Under the pieces are notes generated by a model, which ran no database searches, had not been told where the DNA came from, and worked only from the letters and a program-made list of their open reading frames with translations. From NCBI GenBank assembly GCA_947367315.1, contig CANBDX010000001.1, positions 16,305 to 80,304 of the forward strand: a stretch of 64,000 nt of DNA, given 5' to 3'. The stretch is from an uncultured Bacteroidales bacterium (GTDB lineage Bacteria; Bacteroidota; Bacteroidia; Bacteroidales; UBA932). A program made the position numbers and the translations under genes. Below, one piece after another: positions 59,970 through 64,000 of the stretch. Numbering within the stretch: the stretch's first letter is position 1; the number at the start of each line of letters is the position of its first letter.

Positions 59970-62612
59970 ATGAAGATAAGACAAAATTTCATCATATCTG
60001 TGCTTGTTGCGGCAGTGACCTTTCAGGTCTCTGCCGCTCAGCAGGCAAAGGTGTTCAATCCGACATTCCCTGTTCTGGTGGACAGGCCTTACAATATAGT
60101 AAGCGAGGTGTGTGTAGAACCGGGAGAATGTGTAGGTGCAAACATCGACAAAGTCTGCATTTCAGTAAGCGGGATTGACGATGAGGCCGTAAGGAATGTC
60201 AGATTGATGTATTCCGGGACCATGTCATCCATCAGGTCCCGTTCGAGCTGCTTTGTCATGAAGGATCAGGGCAAGAAGTTAGGGGGAGGACAGATGATAT
60301 GGTGTGACCCTGACTTTGTCAGTGAGGTGTGTAATACTTCCTTTAATGACGGCCATGCTGAGCTTTCGTGCGGGCGCAAGCTTGTCAAAGGCGGCAACTA
60401 TATGTACATCAGCATGGAGATAGACCCTTCTGCTGTCAAGGATATGGCTGCGCCTTTCAATGTGAATGTGGATTCTGTGGTCGTAGGAGGGAAACCTATC
60501 GATATCACAGTTGAAGGTTCGACCTTGAGACACCTTGGATCGTCGGTGAGACAGACCGGTGATGACGGAGTAGTCGCATATAGGATTCCCGGGCTTGTGA
60601 CCACTAAGGAAGGTTCGCTGATCGCTGTCTATGACATACGCTACGACTCCAGCCTGGACCTTCAGAACAACGTTGATATAGGAGTAAGCAGGAGTACCGA
60701 TCAGGGACGCACATGGGAGAAGATGCGCGTGGCGATGGATATGGGCGAATGGGGAGGGCTGCCTCAGGCTCAGAACGGCATAGGAGATCCTTCTGTGCTT
60801 GTGGATGAAACTACTGGAGAGATCTTCATCATTGCTGCCTGGACTCATGGACTTGGTGCAGACAGGGCATGGACTGGAGTTAAGCAGGGAATGTCTCCTG
60901 AGGAAACCGCCCAGTTGATGATATGCAGCAGCAAGGACGACGGAAAGACCTGGTCTGAGCCGGTGAATATAACTTCACAGATTAAGCAGCCTGACTGGTA
61001 TTTTACCCTTCAGGGGCCGGGACGAGGTATAACTATGCGCGACGGCACGCTGGTGTTTCCTATTCAGTATATAGATACTGCCAGAGTCCCGAATGCCGGT
61101 ATAATCTACAGCAGGGATCATGGCACTACATGGAAGATGCATAACCATGCATATACTAACACAACCGAATCGCAGGTTGCCGAGGTAGCTCCCGGTGTCC
61201 TCATGCTCAATATGAGGGATAACCGGAAGACGGGAAGACGTGTCTGTACGACTACCGATATGGGAATGACATGGACCGAGCATCCTTCCAGCGGAGCTCT
61301 TATAGAGCCGGTGTGTATGGGCAGTCTGATTAATGTCCCGGCAGAAAAGAATGCACTTGGAAAGGATGTCCTGCTGTTCTCGAATCCGGCAACAAAGAAG
61401 GGAAGACATCATATGACCATCAAGGCGAGCCTTGACGGAGGATATACATGGCTCGAAGCAAACTCTCTTCTTATAGATGAGGAGGAACTCTGGGGCTATT
61501 CGTGCATGAGCATGATAGATGAAGAAACGGTTGGAATCGTATATGAAGCGAGTACTGCACAACTGGCTTTTCAGGCTATCAAGTTGAGCGAAATCATCTG
61601 TGACACTGATGCCACTCTTGCGCTCGAGGCGTGCGGATGGCCTGAGAAATGTACTGCCGGTTATTCTAAAGGAATTTCCGCTCCTTTCTGCGCTTCGCTT
61701 GCCGGAAAGATGGTTCTTGCTGGTGGCGCGAATTTCCCTGAGATCCCTGCTTCCGAAGGCGGAAATAAACGTTTCTACAAGGATATCTTCACACTCTCTG
61801 CCGCCGGTAAATGGCATAAGGCAGGTGAACTCCCTCAGCCCTTGGCATACGGAGCTTCTTTTGTTGCTGGTGGAAAACTGATACTGGCTGGCGGAAGCAA
61901 TGAAGACGGGTCTGTGAGAAATGTATATGCCCTCCGTCTTAAAGGGAGCAAGTCCTCTGTTACAGAACTGTCTGCTCTACCTGTCGCCCTAGAACAAGCC
62001 GGTTGGGCTTCCGACGGCAATGAATTATATATTGCAGGAGGACTTGCTGATGGAAAGCCATCCAGGACTATCTATAAGGGAATTTATGATGGACGCGATG
62101 TCAGATGGAGTGCTGCAGGCGAACTTCCTGTGGCGATGGTACAGCCTGTTGCCTGTATGATTGACGGACGTCTGTATGTCTGGGGCGGGTTTGATCCTCA
62201 GCAAGGAGATGTCAAGGGATGCGGGTATGTGTTTGATCCTCAGACCGGATACTGCTCTGAGACTGCAGGAGTTCCTCAGGGAGGAACATTCACTGGAGCT
62301 TCTGCTGTTGCTGTTGATGGAAAGGTTGTCGTAATAGGAGGTGTCGACAAGAAGGTGTTCTCTTTCGGATTGAATGCCTCTGGTGCGGATAAGAATAAAT
62401 ATATGAATATGCCTCCGGCACATTATGGATTCAATAAGGAAATATGGGTGTTCGACCCTGTTTCTTCAAGCTGGAAGAGCATTGGAGTTTCCGGAAAGAT
62501 GGCACTTGCAGGGGCCGGTGCCACAGCCATTGAAGGATGTCTCCATATTGCAGGAGGCGAAATCAAACCGGGAGTAAGGACCCCTCAGACATGGAAAATT
62601 GATATAAGATGA
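59970..62612 (+). CDS. nanH: GH33 sialidase (NanH-like) fused to Kelch-repeat sialic acid mutarotase (NanM-like)
   Basis: YRIP, Asp boxes, QGPGRGI, NMRDNR, WGYS; then LAGGANFP and GG-containing Kelch repeats ending GGEIKPGVR. Confidence 0.85.
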   Translation: MKIRQNFIISVLVAAVTFQVSAAQQAKVFNPTFPVLVDRPYNIVSEVCVEPGECVGANIDKVCISVSGIDDEAVRNVRLMYSGTMSSIRSRSSCFVMKDQGKKLGGGQMIWCDPDFVSEVCNTSFNDGHAELSCGRKLVKGGNYMYISMEIDPSAVKDMAAPFNVNVDSVVVGGKPIDITVEGSTLRHLGSSVRQTGDDGVVAYRIPGLVTTKEGSLIAVYDIRYDSSLDLQNNVDIGVSRSTDQGRTWEKMRVAMDMGEWGGLPQAQNGIGDPSVLVDETTGEIFIIAAWTHGLGADRAWTGVKQGMSPEETAQLMICSSKDDGKTWSEPVNITSQIKQPDWYFTLQGPGRGITMRDGTLVFPIQYIDTARVPNAGIIYSRDHGTTWKMHNHAYTNTTESQVAEVAPGVLMLNMRDNRKTGRRVCTTTDMGMTWTEHPSSGALIEPVCMGSLINVPAEKNALGKDVLLFSNPATKKGRHHMTIKASLDGGYTWLEANSLLIDEEELWGYSCMSMIDEETVGIVYEASTAQLAFQAIKLSEIICDTDATLALEACGWPEKCTAGYSKGISAPFCASLAGKMVLAGGANFPEIPASEGGNKRFYKDIFTLSAAGKWHKAGELPQPLAYGASFVAGGKLILAGGSNEDGSVRNVYALRLKGSKSSVTELSALPVALEQAGWASDGNELYIAGGLADGKPSRTIYKGIYDGRDVRWSAAGELPVAMVQPVACMIDGRLYVWGGFDPQQGDVKGCGYVFDPQTGYCSETAGVPQGGTFTGASAVAVDGKVVVIGGVDKKVFSFGLNASGADKNKYMNMPPAHYGFNKEIWVFDPVSSSWKSIGVSGKMALAGAGATAIEGCLHIAGGEIKPGVRTPQTWKIDIR

Positions 62613-63853
62613 AAAACAAATTGACTGCTTCCAAGGCATATCCTTGGATTGTAGTGGGGTTGCTGTGGGTAGTTGCCCTGCTGAACTATATGGACAGGCA
62701 GATGCTTTCTACAATGAGGGAAGCAATGCAGATTGATATTGCAGAACTTGAGACAGCAGTTAATTTCGGCCGTCTGATGGCAATATTCCTTTGGATATAT
62801 GGATTCATAAGTCCTTTTGCAGGCGCCATTGCTGATCGTGTGAGTCGCAAGTGGTTGATTATAGGTTCTTTAGGGGTGTGGTCGGCCGTTACACTGCTTA
62901 TGGGATACTGCACTACATACAATCAGATTTTCTGGCTCAGAGCCTTGATGGGAGTAAGTGAAGCTCTTTATATTCCTGCCGGACTCTCGCTCATCGCAGA
63001 CTATCATGCCGGCAAGTCGAGAAGTTTTGCCATTGGAGTGCATATGACAGGTCTTTATCTCGGACAGGCTGTCGGAGGTTTCGGAGCTACATTGGCGGAG
63101 GCTTTCTCATGGCAGCAGACCTTCCATTGGTTCGGCCTGGTGGGTGTACTGTATGCTGTAGTTCTTGTCTTTTTGCTTCATGAAAAGAGGATTGAGAAAA
63201 AAGATGAGGCTGCCGCAGCCCAGCCGGCTGTGAAGATTCCTGTACTTAAGGGCTTTGGGCTTATATTCAGCAATATCGCATTTTGGGTGATACTGTTTTT
63301 CTTTGCCTCTACGTCTTTGCCGGGATGGGCAACTAAGAACTGGCTTCCGACTCTTTTCTCCGAGAGTCTGGGAATACCGATGGCTCAGGCAGGTCCGATT
63401 TCAACCATTACGATAGCTGTGTCATCCTTTATCGGAATCCTTATAGGTGGACCTCTGTCCGACAGATGGGTAAAGAAGAATCTGAAGGGAAGGGTATATA
63501 CAAGCGCTATAGGACTTGCAATGATGATACCGGCTCTGGTGCTCCTCGGACTGGGAAATGGAATGGTTGCAGCAGTTTCTGCCGGTCTTTTCTTTGGAAT
63601 CGGCTACGGCATGTTCGATACCAACAATATGCCTATCCTCTGCCAGTTTGTCCCATCTCATCTTCGTGCCACCGCATACGGTATCATGAATATGACAGGA
63701 GTTGTCATGGGAGCAATTTCTACAGAGATTCTTGGAAGTTGGGCTGACGGGGGCAATCTTGGACTTGCATTTGCCGTACTTGGAGGTATAACCGCTCTTG
63801 CGCTTGTGGTGCAGCTTGTTGTGCTTAAGCCGCAGACCGATGATATGAAATGA
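62609..63853 (+). CDS. nanT: MFS sialic acid transporter
   Basis: NYMDRQ, G..ADR.SRK, about 12 TM helices, nan context. Confidence 0.85.
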   Translation: MKNKLTASKAYPWIVVGLLWVVALLNYMDRQMLSTMREAMQIDIAELETAVNFGRLMAIFLWIYGFISPFAGAIADRVSRKWLIIGSLGVWSAVTLLMGYCTTYNQIFWLRALMGVSEALYIPAGLSLIADYHAGKSRSFAIGVHMTGLYLGQAVGGFGATLAEAFSWQQTFHWFGLVGVLYAVVLVFLLHEKRIEKKDEAAAAQPAVKIPVLKGFGLIFSNIAFWVILFFFASTSLPGWATKNWLPTLFSESLGIPMAQAGPISTITIAVSSFIGILIGGPLSDRWVKKNLKGRVYTSAIGLAMMIPALVLLGLGNGMVAAVSAGLFFGIGYGMFDTNNMPILCQFVPSHLRATAYGIMNMTGVVMGAISTEILGSWADGGNLGLAFAVLGGITALALVVQLVVLKPQTDDMK

Positions 63854-63854
63854 T

Positions 63855-64000
63855 ATGGATAAGGAATTTGATTTGAACTGTTCTGCTTACGGAATAGTGA
63901 AAACCTTTGAATATGATGCGGCGATTCTGCCTTGGGGGGCAACCGAACCTCATAATCTGCATCTGCCATATCTTACTGATAGTATTCTTTCTCATGATAT
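63855..64000 (+). CDS. Creatininase-family amidohydrolase (truncated by window edge)
   Basis: Hand translation MDKEFDLNCSAYGIVKTFEYDAAILPWGATEPHNLHLPYLTDSILSHD matches P.G..E.H..HLP..TD. Confidence 0.8.
   Translation, partial: MDKEFDLNCSAYGIVKTFEYDAAILPWGATEPHNLHLPYLTDSILSHD

Noticed and set aside
1..64000. DGR reverse transcriptase, template repeat, integrase, transposase or prophage genes
   Set aside because: No ORF with RT (YxDD in context), recombinase, transposase or phage structural motifs was recognised
1..64000. tRNA, rRNA or known riboswitch
   Set aside because: No cloverleaf or conserved RNA motif was recognised in the intergenic gaps; short 5'-UTR hairpins at 37950-37974 and 41120-41154 are too generic to call

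Overview
A 64-kb chromosomal segment of a Bacteroidales bacterium, probably from a gut. The assignment rests on TAnnTTTG -7 promoter boxes before many genes, a SusC/SusD pair, AT-rich leaders and mostly absent Shine-Dalgarno sites. Bases 1-33 kb are mainly housekeeping genes (lnt, rluD, clp ATPase, gyrA, phoH, leuS, ettA) plus a stand-alone fabH-fabK-fabF-fabZ cassette. At 33.2-36.3 kb a palindromic repeat array precedes a PEGA/FGE-fold surface protein whose 3' end looks like a diversity-generating-retroelement (DGR) variable region, with no template or reverse transcriptase in the window. At 36.3-44.1 kb lies a galacturonate/unsaturated-uronate catabolic cluster (uxaC, uxaB, uxaA, kduI, kduD) with a shared candidate operator. 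From 45.9 kb to the end is a sialic-acid utilisation locus: ROK regulator, nanA, nanE, two GH33 sialidases (one fused to a Kelch mutarotase), SusC/D, nanT and a creatininase-like gene. Two paralogous type-V-pilin-like adhesin genes and an unannotated 44-aa YxxP peptide gene are embedded in it. Other points of note are a GyrA Ser83Leu-equivalent residue, a catalytically degenerate M28 domain fused to TonB_C, and a Clp ATPase lacking the middle domain. All calls come from motif recognition by eye; no database searches were run.
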